Source: a virus (lineage: Duplodnaviria > Heunggongvirae > Uroviricota > Caudoviricetes). From it: a DNA stretch of 11,560 nucleotides. The notes under the pieces are model-generated. The model had not been told where the DNA came from. It worked only from the letters and a program-made list of their open reading frames with translations, and did not search any database. Positions within the stretch are counted from its first letter, which is position 1. Every line of letters starts with the position of its first letter. Shown in pieces: positions 1 through 7,534 of this stretch. The stretch lies in the IMG/VR virus record IMGVR_UViG_2695420595_000005; one strand, written 5' to 3'. The translations under genes and the position numbers were made by a program.

Positions 1-231
1 GATACCTGGCAGGCGGAGCTGCATATTGAAGTTTTCCTGCCTGCTCAGGTGCCGGATTCAGAGCTGGATGCGTGGATGGAGTCCCGGATTTATCCGGTGA
101 TGAGCGATATCCCGGCACTGGCAGGACTGATTACCACGATGGTTACGCAGGGCTATGAGTATCGTCGTGATGACGATATGGCGTTATGGAGTTCTGCAGA
201 TCTGACTTATTCCATTACATACGAGATGTGA
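1..231 (+). CDS. U: Tail tube terminator protein gpU, C-terminal fragment (5' end lies outside the window)
   Basis: Frame 1 is open from base 1 ([38 protein letters not shown]...LTYSITYEM) to TGA at 229-231. The sequence closely matches my recollection of the lambda gpU C-terminus, and the gene sits immediately upstream of V as in lambda. The tool's start at 49 is a GTG inside the real gene. Confidence 0.85.
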   Translation, partial: DTWQAELHIEVFLPAQVPDSELDAWMESRIYPVMSDIPALAGLITTMVTQGYEYRRDDDMALWSSADLTYSITYEM

Positions 232-238
232 GGACGAT

Positions 239-991
239 ATGGCAACACCAAATCCCCTTGAGCCGGTAAAAGGTGCCGGTACCACTCTGTGGGTTTACAA
301 CGGCAAGGGTGATGCTTATGCAAACCCGTTGTCAGACGATGACTGGCAGCGACTGGCTAAGGTGAAGGATCTGACGCCGGGCGAGATGACGGCAGAACCC
401 TACGATGATAACTACCTGGATGATGAAGACGCGGACTGGACCGCGACCGGGCAGGGGCAGAAGTCTGCAGGAGATACCAGTTTTACGCTGGCCTGGAAAC
501 CGGGAGAAGAAGGTCAGAAAGGGCTTATAGGCTGGTTTGAAAGCGGGGATGTGCGGGCCTATAAAATCCGTTTCCCAAATGGCACGGTGGATGTGTTCCG
601 TGGCTGGGTCAGCAGTATCGGTAAGGCCGTGACGGCGAAAGAAGTGATCACCCGCACGGTGAAAGTGACCAACGTGGGCAAACCTTCTGTAGCGGAAGAA
701 CGCAGCAAAATTACGCCGGTCACTGCGATTAAGGTGACGCCGACATCCGGTACGGTGGCAAAAGGGAAAACAACCACCCTGACGGTTTCTTTTGAGCCGG
801 AAAGTGCAACCGACAAGACGTTCAGAGCGGTTTCCGCCGATCCGTCGAAAGCCACCATTAGTGTGAAAGATATGACAATTACGGTAAACGGCGTGGCGAC
901 AGGTAAGGTGCAGATCCCTGTGGTGAGCGGAAATGGTCAGTTCGCCGCAGTGGCTGAAGTCACCGTTACTGAAGCGGGCGCTGCAGGGTAA
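239..991 (+). CDS. V: Major tail tube protein gpV with C-terminal Ig-like (Big_2-type) domain
   Basis: 250-aa ORF with ATG at 239 and SD GAGGA 5-6 nt upstream. The N-terminus [36 protein letters not shown] and the body closely match lambda gpV as I recall it. The C-terminal ~90 aa ([30 protein letters not shown]...[16 protein letters not shown]) have the Big_2 pattern. Confidence 0.95.
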   Translation: MATPNPLEPVKGAGTTLWVYNGKGDAYANPLSDDDWQRLAKVKDLTPGEMTAEPYDDNYLDDEDADWTATGQGQKSAGDTSFTLAWKPGEEGQKGLIGWFESGDVRAYKIRFPNGTVDVFRGWVSSIGKAVTAKEVITRTVKVTNVGKPSVAEERSKITPVTAIKVTPTSGTVAKGKTTTLTVSFEPESATDKTFRAVSADPSKATISVKDMTITVNGVATGKVQIPVVSGNGQFAAVAEVTVTEAGAAG

Positions 992-1004
992 ACGGAGGTA
1001 ATAC

Positions 1005-1427
1005 ATGTTTCTGAAAACAGAACAATTTGAATATAACGGTGTGTCCGTCACGCTTTCCGAATTGTCTGCGCTGCAGCGGTTTGATTATATAAAGTTTGTT
1101 TCAGACGCAGAACAACAGGAGACAACGAAGCATGATGTCGTGCACATTAACCAGCGATATCTGGAAACGGCATCCCTGCTTGTGGCGATGTCGCTATGGC
1201 ATTCCCATTCCCTCAAAGGCACTCTGGCCTCTCCGGAGACAGAGATGCAGCAGATCCGCCGTGAAGTGATGCTGGGATGGCCTGCTGATGCACTGAATCA
1301 GGCAACGAACCGGGTGCTTTATCTTTCAGGTATGCTGGATAACCGGCACGATGCCGATCCTGAACAAACCGGGAAAGCAGAAGCGACTGAGCCGGTAACA
1401 TCAAAAAAGCATTCGAAGGCGAGCTGA
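1005..1427 (+). CDS. G: Tail assembly chaperone gpG (zero-frame product)
   Basis: 140-aa ORF with ATG at 1005 and SD GGAGG at 994-998. N-terminus MFLKTEQFEYNGVSVTLSELSALQR is lambda gpG-like. Position between V and H. Stop TGA at 1425-1427. Confidence 0.9.
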   Translation: MFLKTEQFEYNGVSVTLSELSALQRFDYIKFVSDAEQQETTKHDVVHINQRYLETASLLVAMSLWHSHSLKGTLASPETEMQQIRREVMLGWPADALNQATNRVLYLSGMLDNRHDADPEQTGKAEATEPVTSKKHSKAS

Positions 1428-1867
1428 ACTTTGTCCTGAAACTGGCGCGAGAGATGGGGAGACCCGACTGGCGCGCCATGCTTGCCGGGATGACATCCAC
1501 CGAATATGCCGACTGGCGACGTTTTTACTGCACGCATTATTTTCAGGATACCCAACTGGACGCTCATTTTTCCGGGCTGATGTACGCCGTACTCAGCCTG
1601 TTTTTTGGCGATCCGGATATGCATCCGGCGGATTTCAGTCTGCTTGCTCCAGCGTGTGAGGAAGAGCAGACGGAGATGCCGGACGAGGAAGAAATGCTGA
1701 TGCAGAAAGCGACAGGAGTTGCCGGAGGCGTCCGGTTCGGAGGGGACGGAGGGCGCGATATTTCACCTTCTGCGGATGTGGTGGATGTCAGCGAGGATGA
1801 TGTTGCATTAATGATGGCTTCAGCGGGGATTTCCGGAGGTGTGAGATATGTCCCAGCCAGCGGGTGA
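1005..1867 (+). CDS. T: Tail assembly chaperone gpGT, made by programmed -1 ribosomal frameshift from G into the T frame
   Basis: The -1 frame relative to G is open from 1391 (after TGA at 1388-1390) to the stop at 1865-1867, and it overlaps the last 37 nt of G. The only in-register slippery heptamer in the overlap is A-AAA-AAG at 1403-1409 (zero-frame codons AAA 1404-1406, AAG 1407-1409). The downstream frame reads ...KKAFEGELNFVLKLAREMGRPDWRAMLAGMTSTEYADWRRFY..., lambda gpT-like. The G/GT arrangement is conserved in long-tailed phages. Confidence 0.8.
1403..1409 (+). other. Predicted -1 frameshift slippery heptamer A-AAA-AAG (X-XXY-YYZ) for G to GT recoding
   Basis: Heptamer aaaaaag at 1403-1409 is in register with the G frame (TCA AAA AAG CAT), lies 6 codons before the G stop and inside the only window where the -1 frame is open. 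I did not identify a downstream stimulatory structure. Confidence 0.7.
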
Positions 1868-4460
1868 TCTGGTTATTGATTTGAGTCTGGATGCGGCCCG
1901 GTTTGATGAACAGATGGCCCGGGTACACCGTCATTTTTCCAGTCTGGAGGCGGATGCCAGAAAAACCGCCAGTACTGTTGAACAGGGGCTGAGCCGACAG
2001 GCGCTGGCTGCACAAAAAGCCGGGATATCAGTCGGACAGTATAAGGCTGCCATGCGCACACTGCCCGCACAGTTCACGGATATTGTCACTCAGCTTGCCG
2101 GTGGTCAGAATCCCTTCCTTATCATGCTGCAGCAGGGGGGGCAGATCAGCGATTCATTCGGTGGACCGCTCAGCCTGCTTACCCTGCTGAAGGAGGAACT
2201 TCTCGGGATCAGGGATGCCTCTGAATCATCAGAGGAGTCGCTGTCAGATACGGCAAATGCACTGGCTGAAAATGCCCGGAATGCCGGTGAGCTGGGACGA
2301 TTTATGTCGGTGGCCCGTGTGGCGGCAGGTGGCGGGGTTGCCGTACTGGCCGCGCTTGCTGCCGCCGCCTGGCAGGCAGAGCAGGCTGACCGGGCCTTAT
2401 TGCGTTCACTGATCCTGACCGGAGGGGCGGCTGCCACCACAACGGCAGAATTGTGGAAAATGGCCGGGGTGATCAGCGATGAAGCCGGTGGTGGTATCAG
2501 ACAGGCGGCAGAAAATCTGGCCCGTCTGGCAGAAAGCGGGAAATATACCGCCGGGCAGCTACGGATCATGGGGGAAACCTCTCAGAGATGGCTGCAGACG
2601 GTGGGGGACGATGCCGGGAAGGTGGAAAAAGCCTTTGAAGGGATTGCAGCAGATCCGGTGAAGGCGCTGGCCTCCCTGAATCAGCAGTATAACTTCCTGA
2701 GCGTTTCCCAGTTACGCCATATTGATGAGCTTGAGCGCACGAAAGGTAAACAGGCTGCGGTGACGGAGGCGATGTCCCTGTTTGCGGATGTCATGAATGC
2801 ACGTCTGGAGCAACTTGATAAAGCGGCCACGCCGGTGGAAAAAATCTGGGACGATGTTAAAACCTGGACTTCTGACGCATGGGCATGGATAGGTGATCAT
2901 ACACTGGGGGCACTCAGTCTGATCACTGACGTGGTGGCCGGAACCGTTGAACAAGTGAAGCTGCTGCTTGTGCAGGGGGATCTGGCGCTGGCTGAATTTA
3001 TTCAGTCAGCCTGGGAAACGACAAAGAATGTGCCCGGCGTTGGTGCGTTGTTTGGTGAACTGGCAGAAGAGAACCGCGTATTTATTGAGAAAACAAAACG
3101 CGATGAACTGGCGCTGAGAAAATCCATTGCGGAACGGGATGCGCGTATACGCCAGGGGGAAATGGGGTACATCAACCGCTCGCGTGCAACAGGCGTCAGC
3201 AAAGGTCCTGGGCAGCAGGAAGCCGTCAGCCGTCTGGCTGAAGAGCTGACAGGTAAAAAGCATACATCACCGAAAACGCGCTCTGCCGGGGAGAGGGAAG
3301 AGGAGCAGGCAAGAGAGGCTCTGCTTGCCCTTGAAGCTGAGCTCAGGACGCTGGAAAAACACAGCGGTGCGAATGAGAAAATCAGTCGGCAGCGCCGTGA
3401 TTTATGGAAGGCGGAAAGTCAGTATGCGGTCCTGAAAGAGGCTGCCACGAAACGGCAGTTATCCTGGCAGGAAAAATCCCTGCTGGCCCATGAGAAAGAG
3501 ACGCTGGAGTACAAACGCCAGCTGGCTGACCTGGGCGACAAGGTTGAACACCAGAAACGCCTGAATGAGCTGGCACAGCAGGCGGTGCGGTTTGAAGAGC
3601 AGCAGAGCGCGAAGCAGGCCGCCATCAGCGCAAAAGCCCGCGGTCTCACTGACCGTCAGGCGCAGCGGGAGTCTGAAGCGCAGCGTCTTCGGGACGTGTA
3701 CGGTGATAATCCGCAGGCGCTGGCCCGGGTCACCGGGGCACTGAAACAGACATGGGCGGATGAAGACATGCTGCGCGGTGACTGGCTGGCCGGGCTGAAG
3801 TCCGGCTGGGGGGAGTGGGCGGAAAGTGCGACGGACAGTTTTTCGCAGGTTAAAAGTGCTGCCACGCAGACCTTTGATGGTATTGCACAGAATATGGCGG
3901 CGATGCTGACCGGCAGTGAGCAGAACTGGCGCAGCTTCACCCGTTCCGTGCTGTCCATGATGACAGAAATTCTGCTTAAGCAGGCAATGGTGGGGATTGT
4001 CGGGAGTATCGGCAGCGCCATTGGCGGGGCTGTTGGTGGCGGCGCATCCGCGTCAGGCGGTACAGCCATTCAGGCCGCTGCGGCGAAATTCCATTTTGCA
4101 ACCGGAGGATTTACGGGAACCGGCGGCAAATATGAGCCAGCGGGGATTGTTCACCGTGGTGAGTTTGTCTTCACGAAGGAGGCAACCAGCCGGATTGGCG
4201 TGGGGAATCTTTACCGGCTGATGCGCGGCTATGCCACCGGCGGTTATGTCGGTACACCGGGCAGCATGGCAGACAGCCGGTCGCAGGCGTCCGGGACGTT
4301 TGAGCAGAATAACCATGTGGTGATTAACAACGACGGCACGAACGGGCAGATAGGTCCGGCTGCTCTGAAGGCGGTGTATGACATGGCCCGCAAGGGTGCC
4401 CGTGATGAAATTCAGACACAGATGCGTGATGGTGGCCTGTTCTCCGGAGGTGGACGATGA
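1848..4460 (+). CDS. H: Tail tape measure protein gpH
   Basis: 870-aa ORF with ATG at 1848 and SD GGAGGTG at 1835-1841; the start overlaps the T-frame end by 20 nt. N-terminus (MSQPAGDLVIDLSLDAARFDEQMARVHRHFS...) and C-terminal third (...LLALEAELRTLEKHSGANEKISRQRRDLWKAE...GGTAIQAAAAKFHFATGGFTGTGGKYEPAGIVHRGEFVFTKEATSRIGVGNLYRLMRGYATGGYVG...) match lambda gpH as I recall it. Long, Ala/Gln/Glu-rich, predicted helical, as expected for a tape measure. Confidence 0.95.
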   Translation: MSQPAGDLVIDLSLDAARFDEQMARVHRHFSSLEADARKTASTVEQGLSRQALAAQKAGISVGQYKAAMRTLPAQFTDIVTQLAGGQNPFLIMLQQGGQISDSFGGPLSLLTLLKEELLGIRDASESSEESLSDTANALAENARNAGELGRFMSVARVAAGGGVAVLAALAAAAWQAEQADRALLRSLILTGGAAATTTAELWKMAGVISDEAGGGIRQAAENLARLAESGKYTAGQLRIMGETSQRWLQTVGDDAGKVEKAFEGIAADPVKALASLNQQYNFLSVSQLRHIDELERTKGKQAAVTEAMSLFADVMNARLEQLDKAATPVEKIWDDVKTWTSDAWAWIGDHTLGALSLITDVVAGTVEQVKLLLVQGDLALAEFIQSAWETTKNVPGVGALFGELAEENRVFIEKTKRDELALRKSIAERDARIRQGEMGYINRSRATGVSKGPGQQEAVSRLAEELTGKKHTSPKTRSAGEREEEQAREALLALEAELRTLEKHSGANEKISRQRRDLWKAESQYAVLKEAATKRQLSWQEKSLLAHEKETLEYKRQLADLGDKVEHQKRLNELAQQAVRFEEQQSAKQAAISAKARGLTDRQAQRESEAQRLRDVYGDNPQALARVTGALKQTWADEDMLRGDWLAGLKSGWGEWAESATDSFSQVKSAATQTFDGIAQNMAAMLTGSEQNWRSFTRSVLSMMTEILLKQAMVGIVGSIGSAIGGAVGGGASASGGTAIQAAAAKFHFATGGFTGTGGKYEPAGIVHRGEFVFTKEATSRIGVGNLYRLMRGYATGGYVGTPGSMADSRSQASGTFEQNNHVVINNDGTNGQIGPAALKAVYDMARKGARDEIQTQMRDGGLFSGGGR

Positions 4461-4786
4461 AAACCTTCCGCTGGAAAGTGAAACCCGGTATGGATGTGAC
4501 ATCGGCCCCTTCCGTCAGGGAGGTGCGCTTTGGTGATGGCTATTCCCAGCGTGCGCCTGCCGGGCTGAACGCTGACCTGAAAACGTACAGCGTGACGCTG
4601 TCTGTCTCCCGTGAGGAGGCCACGGCGCTGGAGTCGTTTCTGGCTGAGCACGGGGGCTGGAAGGCCTTTCTGTGGACGCCGCCTTATGGTTACAGGCAGA
4701 TAAAGGTGACCTGCGCAAAATGGTCGTCGCAGGTCAGTATGTTGCGTGTTGAGTTCAGCGCAGAGTTTAAACAGGTGGTGAACTGA
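4457..4786 (+). CDS. M: Tail tip assembly protein gpM
   Basis: 109-aa ORF. Its ATG at 4457 overlaps the H stop (ATGA, 4457-4460). SD GGAGG at 4446-4450. The sequence MKTFRWKVKPGMDV...WKAFLWTPPYGYRQIKVTCAKWSS...VEFSAEFKQVVN is nearly identical to lambda gpM as recalled. Confidence 0.95.
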   Translation: MKTFRWKVKPGMDVTSAPSVREVRFGDGYSQRAPAGLNADLKTYSVTLSVSREEATALESFLAEHGGWKAFLWTPPYGYRQIKVTCAKWSSQVSMLRVEFSAEFKQVVN

Positions 4787-5484
4787 TGCAGGATATCCGG
4801 CAGGAAACACTGAATGAATGCACCCGTGCGGAGCAGTCGGCCAGCGTGGTGCTCTGGGAAATCGACCTGACAGAGGTCGGTGGAGAACGTTATTTTTTCT
4901 GTAATGAGCAGAACGAAAAAGGTGAGCCGGTCACCTGGCAGGGGCGACAGTATCAGGCGTATCCCATTCAGGGGACGGGATTTGAACTGAACGGCAAGGG
5001 CAGTGCTGCCCGTCCGACACTGACGGTTTCTAACCTGCACGGCATGGTCACCGGTATGGTGGAAGATATGCAGAGTCTGGTCGGCGGAACGGTGGTCAGG
5101 CGTAAGGTTTACGCCCGTTTTCTGGATGCGGTGAACTTCGTCAACGGAAACAGCGATGCCGATCCGGAGCAGGAGGTGATCAGCCGCTGGCGCATCGAGC
5201 AGTGCAGCGAACTGAGCGCGGTCAGTGCCTCCTTTGTACTGTCCACACCGACGGAAACGGATGGTGCTGTTTTTCCGGGGCGCATCATGCTGGCCAACAC
5301 CTGCACCTGGACCTATCGCGGCGATGAGTGCGGTTATAGCGGTCCGGCGGTCGCGGATGAATATGACCAGCCAACGTCCGATATCACGAAGGATAAATGC
5401 AGCAAATGCCTGAGCGGTTGTAAGTTCCGCAATAACGTCGGCAACTTTGGCGGTTTCCTTTCCATTAATAAACTTTCGCAGTAA
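4786..5484 (+). CDS. L: Tail tip assembly protein gpL (Cys-rich, likely Fe-S cluster-binding C-terminus)
   Basis: 232-aa ORF. ATG at 4786 overlaps the M stop (TGATG). MQDIRQETLNECTRAEQSASVVLWEIDLTEVGGERYFFCNEQNEKGEPVTWQGRQYQ... is nearly identical to lambda gpL as recalled and the same length. Cys cluster CTWTYRGDEC...DKCSKCLSGC near the C-terminus. Confidence 0.95.
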   Translation: MQDIRQETLNECTRAEQSASVVLWEIDLTEVGGERYFFCNEQNEKGEPVTWQGRQYQAYPIQGTGFELNGKGSAARPTLTVSNLHGMVTGMVEDMQSLVGGTVVRRKVYARFLDAVNFVNGNSDADPEQEVISRWRIEQCSELSAVSASFVLSTPTETDGAVFPGRIMLANTCTWTYRGDECGYSGPAVADEYDQPTSDITKDKCSKCLSGCKFRNNVGNFGGFLSINKLSQ

Positions 5485-5494
5485 ATCCCGGTTT

Positions 5495-6238
5495 ATGACA
5501 CAGACTGAATCAGCGATTCTGGCGCATGCCCGGCGGTGTGCGCCTGCGGAGTCGTGCGGCTTCGTGGTGAGAACGCCGGAGGGGGAGCGGTATATCCCTT
5601 GTGTGAATATCTCTGCAGAGCCGGAGGCGTATTTTCGTATTGCACCGGAAGACTGGCTGCGGGCAGAGATGCAGGGGGAGATTGTGGCACTGGTCCACAG
5701 TCATCCCGGTGGTCTGCCCTGGCTGAGCGAGGCCGACCGGCGGCTGCAGATAAAAAGTGCACTGTCCTGGTGGCTGGTCTGCCGGGGGGAAATTCATAAA
5801 TTCCGCTGTGTGCCACATCTGACAGGACGGCGCTTTGAGCACGGGGTGACGGACTGTTACACGCTGTTCCGGGATGCATACCATCTGGCGGGAATTGATA
5901 TGCCGGATTTTGTGCGTGAGGATGACTGGTGGCGTAACGGTCAGAATCTCTATCTGGATAATCTGGAGGCCACAGGGCTGTATCAGGTGCCGTTGTCAGC
6001 GGCGCAGCCGGGCGATGTGCTGCTGTGCTGTTTTGGTTCATCGGTGCCGAATCACGCCGCTATTTACTGTGGTGACGGCGAGCTGCTTCACCATCTGCCT
6101 GAACAACTGAGTAAACGGGAGAGGTATTCCGAAAAATGGCAACGACGAACGCATTCAGCCTGGCGTCACCGCCACTGGCACGTATCTGCCTTCACGGGGA
6201 TTTACAACGATTTGGCCGCCGCCTCAGCCTGTATGTGA
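5495..6238 (+). CDS. K: Tail tip assembly protein gpK, with MPN/JAMM metalloprotease motif and NlpC/P60-type Cys-His domain
   Basis: ORF ends at TGA 6236-6238. I place the start at the first ATG after the L stop (5495, MTQTESAILAHARRCAPAESCGF...), giving 247 aa. The exact JAMM signature H-x-H-x7-S-x2-D is present (HSHPGGLPWLSEAD, nt 5696-5737), and an NlpC/P60-like catalytic Cys (GVTDCYTLF) and His (NHAAIYC) follow. There is no good SD before 5495, so the start is somewhat uncertain; the tool's 5447 start is a TTG inside L. The 3' end overlaps I by 103 nt in another frame. Confidence 0.8.
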   Translation: MTQTESAILAHARRCAPAESCGFVVRTPEGERYIPCVNISAEPEAYFRIAPEDWLRAEMQGEIVALVHSHPGGLPWLSEADRRLQIKSALSWWLVCRGEIHKFRCVPHLTGRRFEHGVTDCYTLFRDAYHLAGIDMPDFVREDDWWRNGQNLYLDNLEATGLYQVPLSAAQPGDVLLCCFGSSVPNHAAIYCGDGELLHHLPEQLSKRERYSEKWQRRTHSAWRHRHWHVSAFTGIYNDLAAASACM

Positions 6239-6816
6239 ACACGGCAGCGGAAGCCATTCGCGCCCTGTCGATGCAGATGCCGGGCTTTCGCCGTCAGATG
6301 AACGAAGGCTGGTACCAGATACGTATTGCCGGTGATGACACGGCACCGGAGGCGGTGTACGCCCGTCTTCACGAACAGCTGGGTGAGGGAACGGTCATCC
6401 ACATTGTGCCGCGACTGGCCGGGGCCGGAAAGGGTGGACTGCAGATTGTGCTGGGGGCGGCGGCCATCGTGGGGTCGTTCTTCACTGCCGGGGCATCAAT
6501 GGCGTTATGGGGTTCAGCCCTGGCAGCCGGTGGTTTTTCTGCCACCACGATGCTGTTTTCACTGGGGGCCAGCATGATTCTGGGTGGTGTGGCCCAGATG
6601 CTGGCCCCGAAGGCAAAAACACCGGATTACCGCGCAACGGATAACGGCAGACAGAACACGTACTTTTCCTCGCTGGATAACATGATTGCCCAGGGGAACC
6701 CGATGCCGGTGCCTTACGGGGAAATGCTGGTTGGCTCCCGGCGAATCTCCCAGGACATCAGTACCCGTGATGAAGGCGGTGACGGGAAGGTGGTGGTTAT
6801 CGGGCGGCAGGCATAA
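6136..6816 (+). CDS. I: Tail tip assembly protein gpI (N-terminal ubiquitin-like domain, C-terminal Gly/Ala-rich hydrophobic segment)
   Basis: 226-aa ORF with ATG at 6136. MATTNAFSLASPPLARICLHGDLQRFGRRLSLYV...IHIVPRLAGAGKGG...FSLGASMILGGVAQMLAPKAKTP...NTYFSSLDNMIAQGNPMPVPYGEM is lambda gpI-like as recalled. Stop TAA at 6814-6816. Confidence 0.9.
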   Translation: MATTNAFSLASPPLARICLHGDLQRFGRRLSLYVNTAAEAIRALSMQMPGFRRQMNEGWYQIRIAGDDTAPEAVYARLHEQLGEGTVIHIVPRLAGAGKGGLQIVLGAAAIVGSFFTAGASMALWGSALAAGGFSATTMLFSLGASMILGGVAQMLAPKAKTPDYRATDNGRQNTYFSSLDNMIAQGNPMPVPYGEMLVGSRRISQDISTRDEGGDGKVVVIGRQA

Positions 6817-6976
6817 AAGCGAAAAAATCCCGCAGTACTCACGGACAGGAACTGCGGGAGCGTTACGAAGATTGAGTGTAAGGAATTATTCTTATGTCAC
6901 GACAAAAACATTAACTCAGAGAGGGAGGATGTGCCGTTCTTTTCAGGGAGAAAGGATTTATCGTCCTGAGGAATAA

Positions 6977-7000
6977 AGGTAAGGGGCCCGCCCCTTACCT
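6977..7000 (-). terminator. GC-rich hairpin just downstream of the sodC stop; probable intrinsic terminator for sodC, possibly bidirectional
   Basis: Inverted repeat AGGTAAGGGGC (6977-6987) and GCCCCTTACCT (6990-7000). On the minus strand it begins 6 nt after the sodC stop and is followed by TTATTCC, a weak U-tract. The + strand side has no clear U-tract. Confidence 0.5.
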
Positions 7001-7006
7001 GACTGA

Positions 7007-7534
7007 TTATTGAATGATGCCGCAGGCCATTCTCGCACCACCACCGCCCAGGGGCTCCGGATGGTCATGATGGTTATCACCGCCAGCATGAAGCATGAGA
7101 GAACGCCCTTTAATCTCTTTTAATGAGTTCAGTCTCGGGGCCAGGACCGGGTAGTTCGCTTTTCCGTCATGCGTCACGAACAGCGCAGGGAGGTCGCCCA
7201 GGTGTCCATCCGGAGACCAGGGGCCAAGATGTTTGCCGGTGTTTTTCGGGTCAAAGTGACCGCCAGCCGATAATGCTGCGACCGGTTTTCCGTCTTTCAG
7301 TGCCGGGGCGCAATTTCCTTTTTCGTGCACATGAAAACCATGAATGCCTTCAGACAGAGAGTGAAGGGCTGGTGTGAACAGCAGACCGTAGGGGGTCTCC
7401 TGAATGGTTATTTTTCCAATGCTGACTTCTTTTCCGTCAGCACTGACAAGGTTCATTGGGACTTCCTGTTCTGCTGCGTATCCGCATGATGCTGCTGTCA
7501 GCATGGCAATGGCAGCAATGATTTTACATTTCAT
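7007..7534 (-). CDS. sodC: Periplasmic Cu,Zn superoxide dismutase (SodC family), prophage-encoded moron
   Basis: 175-aa product starting at ATG (plus-strand CAT at 7532-7534) with SD GAGG about 5 nt upstream (plus-strand ccctc 7539-7543). N-terminal hydrophobic signal-like segment [20 protein letters not shown]. Cu,Zn-SOD hallmarks: [58 protein letters not shown]. The longer 344-aa tool ORF is an unstopped upstream extension running into J; I take MKCK as the true start. Confidence 0.9.
   Translation of the reverse strand: MKCKIIAAIAMLTAASCGYAAEQEVPMNLVSADGKEVSIGKITIQETPYGLLFTPALHSLSEGIHGFHVHEKGNCAPALKDGKPVAALSAGGHFDPKNTGKHLGPWSPDGHLGDLPALFVTHDGKANYPVLAPRLNSLKEIKGRSLMLHAGGDNHHDHPEPLGGGGARMACGIIQ

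Noticed and set aside
332-1051. 239-aa minus-strand ORF antisense to V
   Set aside because: It lies entirely inside the well-supported V gene. Its translation is Arg/Cys/His-rich with no recognisable domain, typical of an unstopped antisense frame in GC-rich coding DNA.
1371-1377. GGGAAAG heptamer as the G-T frameshift site
   Set aside because: It is out of register with the G frame (reads GGG-AAA-G), and the -1 frame has a TGA at 1388-1390, so slipping here cannot yield a GT fusion.
2105-2569. 154-aa minus-strand ORF inside H
   Set aside because: Antisense to a conserved tape-measure gene; Ala/Ser/Pro-rich low-complexity translation with no start context.
5447-5494. Upstream alternative start of K (tool ORF start at 5447)
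   Set aside because: Codon 5447 is TTG and lies 38 nt inside the L coding region with no SD; the first ATG after the L stop (5495) is more plausible.
5493-6041. 182-aa and 124-aa minus-strand ORFs antisense to K
   Set aside because: They overlap the K coding region with its JAMM and NlpC motifs; Pro/Ala/Arg-rich composition; no SD.
6929-6976. 15-codon mini-ORF MCRSFQGERIYRPEE in the I-sodC spacer
   Set aside because: The SD-like GAGGGAGG sits directly against the ATG with no usable spacing, and I know of no conserved function; kept only as a note within a finding.
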